From Oculina patagonica (taxonomy: Eukaryota), in assembly GCF_052425735.1 (NCBI RefSeq), contig NC_135759.1, positions 31,310,001-31,374,000 on the forward strand: 64,000 bases of DNA, read 5' to 3'. Positions 36,679 to 52,011 of the stretch are shown piece after piece. Position numbers and translations under genes: made by a program. Positions within the stretch are counted from its first letter, which is position 1. Each line of letters begins with the position of its first letter. The notes below the pieces were generated by a model that worked only from the letters and a program-made list of their open reading frames with translations, was not told where the DNA came from and ran no database searches.

Positions 36679-39600
36679 TCAAGCGTTTACATTTGATTCG
36701 TTGGTTTCTTCTTGTAAGGGTTCTATCGCTGTATTAAGTTTTCCCTTGTTGTTCTGTTTCGGGCTTTTGTTTGTGACTCTTTGGTGCTTCCTCTTTTTAT
36801 TGACTGGAATCGTGACGGGAGGCAATTTAACTTTTGCAGACCCTTGGCTGGGTTCCCTGGAAAGCCAAGCTGGCGATGGGCATCGCGGCTCACTGTTAGT
36901 GCCATTAGGTTTGACGACTGCTTCTTCAGCCGAGTAGTGGTGACCGTTCTCTTCAGATCGGAGACTGGGATTAGCAGTAACACCATGCAACCGGCTGTTA
37001 GTGGTGTCATCTGAGAGCGACATCATGTTCACATCCTTAAAAATATATTAAAAAAATAATGATAAACAATCAGACGGCTAGCCTATCGACCATTAATGTA
37101 CCCCAAACAAACCGATCACACAGAACGCGCTACTTTCAACGTCTACTCATTGCCGCAATAATTAAACCTTTTCTGAGTGACCATAATACAAATGTAGGGA
37201 CATCATCGCATAACAAGGAAAACTAAAAATGTCCTTACTGGACGATTTTGCAAGTTTTGTGCCAAATTAAAACCTTCTGTTAAAGGGGCAGTGTCACGAA
37301 TGAAGTCTTCTAAGTTCTTGTGTAAACAATGCTAGAATTATGAACATGCACTCGCGGATCAACAAAATAACCTTTGAAGAACTAAGGAATAAGGCATAAA
37401 ACCATTCTCCAAGAAGTGAAAAACAGTTATCAATGGTTCTTAAGTAATTTTCTTCCAAGTAAAACTGTCAAACTTGATGTTTTCAAGTTTCTATAGGCCA
37501 TTTCTTTTCCACCAGCCCGTAACCACACCACTGTTTAACCATTTTAATGACTTGTTAAGTTAAACGTTTAAGCAAGGTCAGGCCACCATAATTGGATTTG
37601 AAGTTAATACCAACACCTTCATTGGAGTTTAAAGTAGCACTAACTATAGTGACACTGCCCCTTTAAACAGAAAATTAACAAATATCGAACATAATTACCG
37701 ATATTGTAGCTCCATGGGATGTTGGAGCAGCAGCATTAGAAGAAGGAGTAAGTGACGAAGGTGAGAAGAAGGTTGTTCGACGGCTGGACCAGATTTCTTT
37801 CTTTCGCTGCATTGCCTTCCGTACCTTAACAAAAGAAGACAGAGTAAGAAAAGTATCCCGTATAACACCTGGGAATTGTTTGAAGTACGAAATCATTTGT
37901 CTATTCCGCGTAATTCTCCCAACAGTTCTTTCATGTGTCTTAAGCCGCCTTCACACGACAGCCAGTTATGGCCAACTCGAGTTGGAAAACTCAAGTTGGT
38001 GTGTGTTAACGACGCAACAACGTAAAACAAGTTGGCCAACTGTTGGCGACAAAAAGAACTTGTCTCTATTCTTACCAACAGTTTGCCAACTGTTGTTGTG
38101 TCGTTTACACACACCAACTTGACTTTGCCAACATGAGTTTGCCAACATGAGTTTGCCAACTTTAGTTTGTCGTTTGAATGCCACTTTAAAGTTCTGTGTA
38201 ATTCCATATTGCTTTTTGCACGTTTTCTGTATCTTTAATACAAAAGTTAAAAAAATGTAAATTAAGTTATCTAGGATACTGACAAAGAACATCAAAATTC
38301 AAGAACAAAGGTCGCATTATCTTACCTCTGAGTTAAGTAAACAGTGAAATATGAAAATGAAGAATCCTTGCAAGGAGTTGAAAATGGCAAAAAGGTACTG
38401 AAACGCGATGGTGTTACTGTCCAGTGCCAAAATACCAAACAGCCACGTAATGCCGAGTAATGGAAAGAGAACGACTGCTGACTTGACTCCAGATCTGATG
38501 ATTTGAAATTAGAAGTAATCAGGTTTATTAGAATGTGGGCGGAGCGTTTCAAGGAGCCTCTAAACAGACCATCCCCAGATGACCTACCAGCAGCCAAAAC
38601 AGTACGAAAACCAAAATGGCTTTCGATCAGAAATGCAAGTAGGTCATTAAGGAATGGGAAGACAATGTGTTCAGATAGCAGGGAATGCAAGCAGCCATGT
38701 ACAAGAAAAACGAAGAATTTTTGACATTTTATAAGAAATTTAATAATGGCATACTTTGCGTGCCTTAAAAAAATCATACCTATCCTACTTACTTGACAAG
38801 GTCAAACTTTGTTGAATGAGAGACTCCATTTGTTTGTATCTTAATGATCTCTCTGATGACCATGACAATGATTACTGTATTAACCTTCAAGACAAAGTGA
38901 TCAAATAATTAAACAGTTTGCCATTTCAGGCACCAGATGCTGGAATTGTAGGCATAATAGTGTCCAGTAATGAGCTCGCACGAGTCCTGGCATGGGGCTC
39001 TGAGTAGCGCTTTTGGGAAGCAAACTAGGACTATAAACGTGTACCAGCAAAATTTTAAGGTCAACTTGACTGAAAAGTCGGCGGTTAACTGGGAGGGACT
39101 CAGAGCAGACTATATTGTGGGGGACTTTCAATTCCTACTCGCTTCATAATACAGCATTGAATAATTTCCGGTAGTGCCACTTTTGTTCGAATGTAGACTC
39201 ACTTGTTCGCTCAGAACATACTTGGAAAACAGAAGTGGATCAGTGATCAGCAGATGATGAGTACCTCAGCAGGAAGTTTTGATGAACACGGAACGTTAAG
39301 CTCTCAATGAAAACTTAAATTAACATTGTAGTTGTAAAGGAATGCCCACACAACCGCTTGGTATTCTTGGTCAGTATATTTCTACTCACCAGGATTATCG
39401 CCAATGCCGGTCCTACAAAAGCATAAATAACTCCGTTTGCCACTGACAGCCAGCAGCTAGGAACAATAAGACGTTCTAAGTTATTTGAATAAGAGATGAC
39501 TAATGGAGAATTTTCTTAATTTAAAAAAATGAGAATAAACGAGAACAAGATTGCTTTGCCCTTATCAAAAATGAAAGATTTGTTTCATCTTATCCGGTTG

Positions 39601-42600
39601 GACACACTGAATGCAGTTACTGGTGTAAACCGGTGTCGACCGGCTGAACCCTTTATAAAAGTTTTGTTGGGACAAATTTGTCAGGAACAGTAAAAAAAAA
39701 AAAAAAAATGATTGCCTTCCTTCGAATGAGTGCCTTCCGTTTGCGTGAGAGTAATTCGTGTTTTATACCTGGAGTCTGTGCCGTAACCATCATGCGCAGT
39801 ACTGGCAGCAATAAGAACAACAATTCCAGGCAAACCTACGAAGCAACATCAAAACATTCACACGGTTTAAAACCTTTGTTGGTAATTAATAACCATTTAT
39901 AAATATAGATAACAGTATAGAATTGTGCGAGGCACATTGACGTTTGACCAGCAACCTGAGACGTATCTGTATAAAAACCACAAGTGCATTATTATAAACC
40001 TGATTATTAATGATCATAGCAATAAATTATTGGTCTTACCATATGCGCATAATCCATACATACGCAGTTGTTCTTTGCTGTTTTCGAAAACAGTGATGAC
40101 CATAAGGTAGAGATACACGCCTTCAACTAGCATCCACGCAAATGACACCAACAGAAAATAGTGAAGTAACACCGCTACCAGCGTGCAGGCAACCTATAAG
40201 AGGAAATTGAATAGATCGAATTTTGAAATCGTAAGTTAATTAAATCATCTATCTGAATCACTAATACGAACAAGAAGATGACGAAGAAGAAGAAAAATAA
40301 TACCTTATGCAAAAACAGCAGCAGCAGAATCAAAAACAACAACAATAGCACTAACAACAACAATAACAGCAAGAACGACGACGATAACAGCAACGAGAAC
40401 AACAACAAGAACAACGTTGACAATAAACAAGGGCAGCCGGGACACCAACAACTAACACTGACAAGAACAACAACATGAAGAAGGCAAACCTCTCCTAACC
40501 TCTAAGGATAGAAGTGACACTTACTGATAGCATGTCGTAAACAAAGAATAACGGAAACCCATAAACATGGTTAGTTTACGGTTAGGATTAGGGATACAAG
40601 TTAGCGATCGGTTGTTTGGTTAGAGGTTAGTGTTTTTGGTGGTTAGGATGAGCTTTTGGAAGAGTGTTTCGGACTGTTCTGGGATGTTCCGGTGTTCCCG
40701 GTTTTACTACATGCCCTTGTTGATGATATGTTGGTCTTAAAAGTACTTTTTGTCGATTAACAAACCTCATTACTAGTTGCTTCAATTCCTGCCAGGAAAA
40801 TTACTTGAAAGATCCCGATAGACAGCGCCAGGTTTAGGTGAATAAGGTTTCTCTCTGAACGCACACCGCTGTGGAGTATAAATGAATATATCCCAAATTA
40901 TATTAAGCGAACCAGCACGTCTGTTACAGTTTTTATCTTTTAAAGGTTCTTCTGAATTTTGCATTATCTGAAAAACTCAGAAAACATTATTTACGAGTTC
41001 CAGATAGGATTTTGAACACACGAACCCTCCGTAATCCCTGTAATCTAGTCGGATGCCCTACCTTTGAGCTACTGGAGACTCAATGGTGTGCAAGGGTGAA
41101 ATTGATGTGGGTCTGGACTAAAACCGCATCACGCAGTCACATAGTCAAATCAGGACAGGCACATATGACCCATTGTTGCATCACGCAGTTACTTTAAAGC
41201 AAACCTGAGATGCAACCATCCAACCACCAAGTAAGTCTTTCTGAAGAAAGACTATATTTCTTCAGAAAGACTCACTTCTGAATTAAAAGCTTAAAAAATT
41301 GACCATCTAAAATGATAAGGCGATCAAATAACTAAAAAAAGTCGAACTTACGACAAGCAGGAGATGATGACGACTGTAAGGGCGACTCCAACGAGTGACA
41401 ATCCACAGCCGACGTAAGTGATGATCTCTAAAGCTACAGCATGGGACTCATGCACCTAAGAAAGGAACGTCCGTCTTTTTATATCATAAATAATGATGGG
41501 GTAGAGCAGTTACTCAAACAACATTTGCGCGCACGGAAGTTTTTTTTGCCCACGGAGACTCCCGTGTTAAAGGAGCGAGAACGCTCGTGGCAAAATTTAA
41601 AATGAAACCTCAAAAAGGAGCCCACTCTGAGCGTGGCTCAATCTCTATTTGACCCCTTAGACATTCTAAAATAGACACACAATTAAAAGCTACAGTGACT
41701 AAAATGGCAATAAAGACATTGTCGTCAAATGCTTATACATATATAAAAAATTTTGAAGCTTTCATGTGAGATTCTCAATCATCAGCACGATACATCGGCG
41801 GTCTTTAGTTTGTTGCGTGCAATTAAGAGATACCTTGCTGACTACAAACATTTGCGTTCTGTCCTGAACACCCGAAGTTAGACCAAAATCTACAGTTAAC
41901 ACCATTAAAAAAGGGACCACGAGCCGGCATCCTCGCCCCTTTCGCAAGGAAGTTCCCGAAAGTAGAGAATTACACCATCACATACGAATATTGTCCAGTT
42001 AGGATAAGTACAAGTAACTATATGACCTTATTTCATTACCTCCAGGTCTGAATCTGACGTGACCTGCATCAGCACTGCAAAGTTTGTGAGATGATCGCAT
42101 TTGCAGACGGAATGTGTTTCATTTGAAGCAGAAGCATCCACCTCACATCCTTTCGTTGACCACAATCCACTGCCGTTAACACTCCTAAAAATATCGCGAG
42201 AGTAAATTTTTAGTGTGGTTTAATCTTTGTGACGTGTAAACTCACGTTTACTTTTATCCAATTTTGTGTCAGTGTTAAAGGTAAGTAATTCACCGTGATT
42301 GAAATTCTCAGTAGTTTAAAGCAAAAATATGCTAATCCAGGATAAGCTTGAATTTTGATTACAGTTTTACGACTGACTTTTCAGTGAGATTTTCTGTTTA
42401 TATGAAATTTCTGTCCTCCAATTTTGACGTTGTCTGGTCACAAACTCTAAGAAGCAGTGGCAATGAAAAACGCTTTTGCACAAAAGAAGTTAATGAACTG
42501 TTAAAGCTGGGTTTTTGTTGATTGGCCTTCAAGCAACCCGCCCCACGTGATTAAGTTTTATTTATTTTAATCAGTATTGACAAATTTGCAGAATATCTTC

Positions 42601-45600
42601 GGCAAACTTCCGGCTATCTTCGAACGTCATCGCAATTTTTTTCCAGTAAAAAACTTCGCGATAACTTTGGAATTCTCTTAAGGCTAATTTCCTTGCTGCC
42701 GCGCTGCGGTTATCTTTGCTTGTTTGCTGATTAAATCCAGATCACACTCACCCTCCAGTGAAGTCCCACCACACACAGACCGGCACCAGCGTTGCATTTG
42801 ATTTGTACTGAAAAAGTCAACATATTATAATTCTTCTCACTGGTTGTTTGTCTCACTGACAACAAACACAACTGAAACTGCAGTTCTAGTTATAATAAAC
42901 AAACCAATAATCCGTCTTCACTAAGCTTGGGCACTGTAAATTTTTTTTGTAACTGACCCTTGCTTCTTCCGTTTTGTGCTGGCGTCGAGTTCTCTCGCCG
43001 TTCTCACCGCGCGCTCATCGATCGAAAAAACACGAAAAAATAGAGGGCTGTGGACGGTCTACTGAAAGCGCAAACTTTTGGTTCATTGGGTAAAAAATAG
43101 TATCATAAAGACTATAACTCAAGAGAAACAATTTTTGTTGGAGAGAAAAAGTTATCTTTCATACTTGTATTCTTGATTCATGTAAAAAAAATAAATTCCA
43201 TAGCATACACATCTTCATTTGTCAATCCATAGTGGCACACTTACCTTCACGTGTTGAAGGGTGACACGAACATCCAGCTCTTGACTATGAGCTGCCGGCG
43301 GGATCACAAGACTTCCAATGACGCGGCTGTTAAGCTCGTAATGTGCATTTTCGCTTTCTTTTTCACTGAAAAAGCAAAATAATCCGAAATATGTTTTATT
43401 CTGGAAATACTTATACAATACTAGATCGCTAGAAAAACTTCACGAAATTAAATTGCGTATAATATGTTTAAATTAAAGGCCTGTATTACTTCCTTGAGGC
43501 CACACACGCATGGTGAGTAAGCGAAAATACATAAGACGATTGAACACTACACGAACTTTTAACAGTCAGGAGGACGAAGGAAAATGCAAATAACTGTTTT
43601 GTGAAGTATTTGCTCACATACTCTGCTTGTTGGAATCCATTGGATAACAACTATACTTACTTTGCGACCTCTGCTGGAGTCGATGGCAACATTTTATGCA
43701 AACTCTTGTAAATGACACTAAAAGCCTTTGTTTTGTTCCGAGGTCCTGTGAGAAAAATGTTACCCATTAACCTCCGCAGTTCCAGATACACAGCTCAGTG
43801 AAAGAGCGCGTGAATGTGAAATAATTCAGCAACCAATGCAAATGTTAAATCATCAAAATTAATAACTCGTTGCAATATTCATATAATAAAAATTGTTCCT
43901 GGTTACTATTCGACACTCACCAGCCATTTTCAAAGTAAGGAAATCGTTAATCCCTTGCCAGTTTTTGTCCATGTTGGACATTGAAAATCTGTAGTTATCA
44001 GACAACACTGATGCCTGCAAAGCTAATGCACAGAAGAGACATTCAGTGTTACTAGTGTTATAATCTACAATTCATGACAATTATAGATACTAAAACTTAT
44101 TTCCATTTGTTGACTTTACTAAGTGTGTCCGCTGCTAGCCACATCGACAAAACTTTGAGATTAATATCAAGAGTAGTCGAAATTGTTATTCTCCTTACAT
44201 ATTAAGAGAGATTACCTGGCAGTCTGGGGATTAGATAATAAACATGTAATTAACTTGGTTACATCGTTTTCATCAAAAACCAAGTTGAAAGAATTAACAT
44301 CACACAACAAAAGTAGGAGTATTGTGCAGCGAATATAAGAATATTCTAACAATAAAGCTTTTGGGTGAAAAAGGCCCATGAGAAAATAAAATGTTCTCAC
44401 CAATGTTGTCCTCCGATGAGCTAACTGGAGATGTTTCATTTGACCATTTGCCAGCCAACCCTTTTCCAAATAACTCTGTGATCTCAGCTATCTTAATCGC
44501 TAACGTTTTGTTAGACCGACGCCACTGCTCTTTATTTTTGTCCTCCATAACGTCATTTATAGCCTCTGTGCTTTCCTTGCATTTAAAAAAAACAAAAAAC
44601 AAAAAAAAAGAAACAAGGAGTCAAATGTTAAATAAAGCAACAAAAACAAAAACAACATACACTTTCCTTTTCGGCCTTCCCCAAAGATTGTCTTTCTCTC
44701 ATCTCAAGAGGCAGAAGGAAAAAAAAAACCGAAAGGCCCATTTACACGGCAGAAAATTTGTGGCACGGCTCTGATAAAATTGGTACGCGTACCAAAAAAA
44801 TAGCACTGATATCCTGTTTACACGTCCATTTTTCTACCGTGCAAAACTGCGTTACTGATAATGTTTTGGTGCGAGTAAAAGGCTCAACACCTTGTCCAGC
44901 GTACGCAATTCTGCCTTAGTACACATGCCGCTATTTCGTTTAAACGTCAAATACGAGTCGCGCATCTTTTCGGATTTTTCCCAGAAGACTAGAAAAGGGT
45001 GAATGTATATGGTTCTTGTTCAATTGGCAGTAGTGATGGCTTGTACCTCCCCTATTAACGACGACGATTATTTTCTTTACTGTTTTATTCTCCTCGCCTT
45101 ATTTGGATCAACTCCTTACATCATGCTCTTCCAAGGCAGAATTTAAGCTTTCGACTCTGGACACTAAGAGTCGAAAGCTAAAATTCTGCTTGGAAGAGCA
45201 TGATGTAAGGAGTTGATAGAAATATGCGAGAATAAAATAATAATACAAACAAATAATCGTCGTCGTTAATAGGGGAGCTACAAGCCATCACTGCTGCCAT
45301 TTACTGCTGCCATTTGAACAATAATCATATACCTTCACCCTTTTCTAGTCTTCTGGGAACAAGGCGAAAAGATGCGCGACTCGTATGTGACGTTTAAATG
45401 AATAAGCGGCATGCGCATTAAGGCAGAATCGCGTACGCTGGCCAAGGTTTTGAGCCCTTTACCCGCACCAAAACATTATTTAACGCAGTTTAGCACGGTA
45501 GAAAAAAGTACGTGTAAACAGGGTATCAGTGCCATTTTTTGGTACGGGTGCCAATTTTATCCGGGCCGTGCCAAACTTTTTTTGCCGTGTAATTGGGGCT

Positions 45601-48600
45601 CATAATATGTCCCAGCTTCCTACAGCATTGAGAGGAAGGTGCGGTGGTCTAATGGTGGACTCCGGATAGAGCGGTTCGGGCCTTCTCTGACAGTGCCTCT
45701 CTCCATCCAGGTGTATAAATCGGTACCGGGGGATCAAGTTCTGGGTAGCCTTTCGATTAAATAGTATCCCAACCAGAGGGGAGTACAGATACTTCTAGTC
45801 GATTCATGGTACAAAAGCCAGAGTTTAGCACCGGCCGTATGAGCCACGAGGCTCGACCTCTCCTACTTGGACGATTGTCTGCGTACTGAGGTGATGTTAA
45901 AGAAATATTTCACAATACAAGTTACCTTTGTGACTTGTACAATTTGCCGAAGCGAAGAAGGGGACTGGTCTGAAGGTATTGATTTCAAACTTTTCATCAT
46001 CGTGTCCATTGACTGCTTGAAGGTTTTGAGCTAAATACAAAGGTCAATATAGAGTTACGTTACAATGCCTCACACCTGAACGTACACATCTAATTTGGAC
46101 AAAAACAAGTTCGCAGCAATGTGAAATAAAGGTAGAGGTAAAACGAAACACATTCTTTAGTATCTTACGCTACATTTATGCATCTTACATCATAGAAAGC
46201 AGATTTGTAATCAGAATTAACCGCACCCTCCAACAGATTATTTCATGTTTTTAAGATCGATTGAGCATAGAAACAAAGCACAATAGGTTCGTATTGACTA
46301 ACCTATCTATTATCGCAAACAGAATGAAACTGAGTCCAGCCACAGGGAATAAACAAGATCCCCAACAATTCGTAAAAATAAACAGTGGAATGTTATTTTC
46401 TTCGCCAAAGGTCATGGAAGGAACGTAATGACTTCCGTGCGTTTTTATTAGACTGTACAACACTCTGTCGTCCTGCTTCCTTACTTCTTCGTCCCTCCTT
46501 AGTAAAGGTTGCCTTAACCAACACTGAGAACTAGGTGCTTGGTTTTAAATAATAAGGCTATTGCATTTTATGCAAGTTATACCCAAATTAACATTTAACA
46601 AAACAATTCTTTGTAAAACTCTTGAACAAATTTTAGTTTACCTTTTCGTCCAGACTCTCTGGACTTTCACAAGCCTCTGCTTGACATTTCACATTTTGTA
46701 AACCTTGCTCACTTCCGCTGCAATTGAGAAGGCTCAGCTCTGTGTAGGAAAAAGAAAATATTTGAAAATGACGTACATACCGGGGTTAGATTGCCTTTTT
46801 GGTTTTTGGCTAAATATACAATTATTTTTCGTGTAACATTTTATAGAGAGGATGAGAGTGGTTTATTGTTATTATAAACATTGAAATTACAATATACGTA
46901 AAAAAAAAACAAGATATAAATTCACGTTTGAAAGAAAACCTAGAAAAATTGACCATATAATTGTAAAATGGTGCAAATCGCGATATATTTTAACAGAGAT
47001 GTTATTAAATAGAAAAGACAAAATGCTAATGCCATAAGCCGTAGTCACAACGTTTGCAGTCTTCTGCTTTTTATGATTGTATGATAGGAATGGACGGGGA
47101 CTTGAAAATAACAGAACTTGTTTAGTGGTGATTGGTGATTTTTTTTTTTTAATTCAGTACACTGTAATGCGAATACCTTTTTCCTTCATACCTTTTCTCT
47201 CCATAACGAGATGTCTTGATGAAATGGGCTGCTGCTTCTTAAGTGTGGGGAATTTCGCTCCGACACACATAAAATCACCGAGAGTATTCTCCTTGTGTAA
47301 TACTTCCATGTAATACAGGTTGCCTTCATTGAGGTATATCTTTTTTGATGTTTGATTAGCGGAACTAAGAGAAGAAACTTTATTTACTAGAAATTAATGC
47401 AAGTTCATTCAGTGATAAAATTTTCTTATATTGGCGGGAAAAAGGAGAGTGGTCGCCGAATGACAAAATTGTCACAAGTAAAAGAAATTAGCATAAACCG
47501 TGAATTATCTAATTTAGCGATAGGCCGCTAAGTGATCAGTTTATCGCTTGTACTTTCTACAGTAGTTTGTCCAATAACATTTACACCCCTCTGTAACAGA
47601 CCTGGTGACACATGATTTTCCACCAGGTTTTCAACACAAAATCGACCAGGGAAGTAAAAAATCCACCAGGTTGATTACTTTTTTCCATCAGGGAGGGTGA
47701 TGATATATTAAATCTAACCAATTATTGATGCAAACTGTGAGCTAGTATGCAATCAACTTAGCGGGGTTATCGTGCACAGTTTTCCGCACCGATGTCGTCT
47801 AAGGGCTGTAGATGACACCGTCTTTTTTTTTTCGCATTGTACGCAAACAACTGAAGTAACATACTCTTTGTATCCTGCTCATACACGGAGAAAAGTGGCG
47901 AAGGAGAAACGGCAAACGGGCCGTTTTGAGATCCCCGTGAGTTCTTTGTATCGAACAGTGAATTACCGCCACTAGATCCGCAATGGGTCAAATTTAGCAA
48001 ATAATTGTCGCAATGAGCCAAGGAGTCGCCCTACTATTGACATGGTTAGTTCACCCTTGGACTAGACTTGCCTACAAGTCGTGCTCAGCAAGCGCAAAGA
48101 GAGAAGAGCACACAGAGCGCGAAAACGAGAAACGAGAAGCGAACGACTTGTAAAAAGTCAACCCTTGGGCTTGAAGCAGTCGCCGGGATTATATTCCTAA
48201 AATCCTCTGAAATTCTCGCATGCACGTTTTTGTCCATCAGGGTATTAAACAAGGCACGCAATGCACGCAGAAGCGATGACGAACAGAAGAACAAATTCCG
48301 CCAATAACCTTATGATATAAGGTGATGGACTGACATCATCGCCTGAAAATGATTACACTTCCTTTTGATGCATGTTACTTTTCCAGTTCTTAGCAGGACT
48401 GCAGGCAGGATTTGAAACGACGGTTCTGAAAGATGCAAACGACGTAACGATGGATCTGAAAGATGCAATCGTGTGAACGCCGAAGATGTAAGCTACTCGG
48501 GAACTCTTCCGCTCACTTCGCTCGCGTAATCCTTTTCGAGAGCCTATTCACAGGCTAGCTACTCGGGTTCCAGGAGACATGCCTCCCCGGGAAATTTTGA

Positions 48601-50015
48601 AAAAAAATAGACAGGCTGAAATCACATTTCGTGCGTTTTAAGAGGAGTTTCGTATGCAAATAGGCACCTAAACTGAAGTAAACTTAATAAACCACGATTA
48701 TTTCTAGACCTTTTCAGTTAAAATCAAAGCGTCTTATTTTTGGAAGGGAAACTGGACGCGCTTCACCAGGCAATCAACCTTACACTCGACGAATTACACC
48801 TGCCAAAACATACATTAACGACTAAAAATTCCTAAACTGCGCGTCGAAGGTCTTTAAGAAAGTCTAGGTAAGCGTTAATTCAGCCAGATATTCGATAGTT
48901 TTTCAAAGAAATTGGGAGATGTTTTCGTGGGATTATAATTATTTTCTCGACTCAATCTGAATACAAGTTAAATTACTTTTCCAGAAGGTAAATGGCATAA
49001 TATTTATTATCAAAAGAGCCTAGCATCAAGAGACAGAATCAGCGCCTCTCCACTCGCGAGTGCACCAAGATATATTCGCGCGTGCCCCAAGGTGAGCCTG
49101 CTCGCAGGCTAAGGACAGATCCAGAGGCTGCCTAGCACGGGCGCACCTAAATTTAAACTGTGTCATCCGTTTACTTTCAAAGTTGAAAAATGTTTAATAT
49201 GCTGGCCCTTATTCGTTGATCCATTTTTAGAAGGTCAAAGCATAAAAAAATCTAAATAAGAGAACCGTTTGCTTATATTTTTTACATGTCAAATAAATTA
49301 TCTCTTTTTTGGATGTAGCGAGCAACGAAAAATATGTGTTAATTAATGACTGCTGTCCCCCAGCCCCGGGCTCCAGCCGTAGGCATCAATAGTTTCATGT
49401 AGGTGAAAGCTACACAAAGTTCTATTTAGACAGTACTTACAATTTGAGGCAGCTTAATTAAAATTTACCGTAATACGCCACTTGAATGATCTTGAATGTA
49501 CTTGAATAACTGACGTGTATTTTACATCACATTGTGCCGGCGGGCTGCAAAGTTAAAAATGATATTTTATACATCAAGCGCCTCTCAAACTGCTCGAGGC
49601 TGCTTAATCGAAGGGAAAAAGCCGCTTAATACTCACCAAGAATTATGTGGGTCAAGCTGATTATCCTCTGCGTAGTTATTCGATAAAACGCTGTAAAAAG
49701 CCGGGTCAAAAATACTTCCACACATTTATCTTGGGCCGCGCGCGCTGTTCAAATCGCTCAGCTCTGAATCATTCACAAGCTCGTAATACATACAGTATAA
49801 AAGGAAACATATCTGTTTTGTCTCTTCAGTGGCGTGCATGACAGCAGAACAAGCGACGAAAACAATAGTAAAAGTTAAAAATTACTTTTTGCTATATTTA
49901 CATCGAGTTATTCCTCGCGAAGCGAGGCCGAAGGCCGAGCGTAGCGGGGTGTATAATTTTGTCCCTCAAAGGGATCAGGCGGGATGAAATCTCGTGTGGA
50001 GTTTACGGTCATATA

Positions 50016-50054
<39 letters not shown>

Positions 50055-50181
50055 GAGCTTGGTGTGTGGCGGAAATGACGTCACACGGCCGCCGCGCGCT
50101 GGTGGCCTAATGGTAAGGCGTCGAACTTGAAATCAGATCTTCGGAACTGAGGTCGGGGGTTCGAATCCGGCTAGGGTACGT

Positions 50182-50212
<31 letters not shown>

Positions 50213-51965
50213 TGGGTTCGAATTCTGAGCCTTTCATTTTTATCGTTTTTCTTTTCGGATTAAAATAACATTGATCTCCACATAATACTCCCTCAACGCC
50301 TATTCAGGCTATAAATCTTTCATCGCCATCAGGGGCGCGCGGGCGGAGGCTTCGAATCCTCCTGCCGTTCGTTCTTCTTCTTTTTTTTTAATGCCATCAA
50401 ATAAATGTCCAAAATGCGACTATCCAATAATTTGTCGATGATTTTGAAAATAGCCTGCGCTTCCCAACGCTTTATACCTCTTTACGAACCAGAAAAAGCC
50501 ACCATCTTCAAAGCGGAGTAGACCCTGGGAACGAGGGTGTCGCGGCCATGCCCGTTGAAATTTCTAACAAATATATCTTTCTGCCTACTGTGGAAAATTG
50601 AATATGTACAATTCAATAAATGTTCAACTTCAAATAATCCACTCCTTATTTATAACACCCCCCCCCCCCCCCTCCCCAACCCAGAGCTTCGCGAGGCCCT
50701 GCGAGTCACGTATTACTAGTTAAATTATATTTTTGCTGCGCGTCGTTTTTTTTTTTGTTTATTTAAGCCAGCAGAAAGATTTCGGTTGATTTTTCCTGGC
50801 CAGGTAAACAAAATTTTTCACCGGGGAGAAAAAAAATCGACCAGGGATTTTTCAGATAATCACCAGGTAGCAGGGAGGTCAAATTTCCACCAGGGAGAGC
50901 AAAATAACCCACCAGGTCGGGTTCCACCAGGTCTGTTACAGAGGGGTGTACATTTTGATCATTTTTTAGTCCAAGCATTGCTAATTCGTGCTAATATTTC
51001 CCCAAAGAGTGCGCATACTGCATCAGAAGTACTTCTGACTGCACGTAAATTTGTGCACCGGCGGTACAGGCGGTTGTTTATTCATTTGAATGTGAAACAA
51101 ATATCGGAGAGGAAGGGTAGCTTGTGAAGCCTGGTTTTCACTAGCGACGCAAGCACATGTGCAAGGAAAACAGCTCTTATTTCACCATGAAAACGGCTTC
51201 GAGTCAAGCAAAAGCACAGGCGCATTGCATTTTGATGCTTGTGCTTGCGGCATGCACAAGCACAAGGATCAAATTTTGTCCTTTTTGCGTGATTGCGCTG
51301 GTGCTGGCGTCGATAGGGAAAACCAGGCTTTACAGGTGTGCAGTTACTTCGGGAGTCGCGCGAAAAAACAGCTAGGATGTAACAGGCGTTGTGATTGCCA
51401 ACTGTCTGGGCAAGATTTCCTGTTATTCGTACAGGTATTAGAAAAGAAAAACACAGGCAAAAGAGCTGCAAAGAAAAGCATGATAAACGTGTTATTAACT
51501 CTCAAAAGCTCGGAACCATACTGGAAGAATATTACCTAAGTTATAATTAGACTTACTTGTCCCAGACATGCTGTCTGGTATGTTGGCGCTGATCAACAAT
51601 GAGGCGTTTCCCGGCGGGTAGTTCATTGTCGCTCATCCATAGCTGGCAGTCGTTATCGCAGGAAGTCTGGAAGGTATAATCGCCTGTCTCTGGAGCTCTG
51701 AAGAAAGACCTTAACCGCTGACCGTAATAATCACCGCTGGATGGTTTGTAAAGGCAAAAGGTGTCGATGAACTGCGTATTAGAAGGAGCACAGGGGTAGG
51801 AACTGCTGGATATTAAATCATCCACTTGGTCTCCTGGCACGTTTGTCCAAAGTTCACGGTACACTGCCAAATAAAAAGAATTGCTCAGACGGCTGATTAC
51901 ATGAACCCACAGGCATTGTGCTTTAAGATTTTGTTGTGCATTAATAAAGGATCTGATGATGATGG

Positions 51966-52011
<46 letters not shown>

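Larger units (their letters stand above)
47192..51863 (-). other. PA14 domain of gene C (two exons)
   Basis: [32 protein letters not shown] plus [29 protein letters not shown], typical PA14 motifs. Confidence 0.88.

Noticed and set aside
40175-40478. Poly-Leu and poly-Asn ORFs
   Set aside because: Translations of an intronic AAC-rich low-complexity tract.
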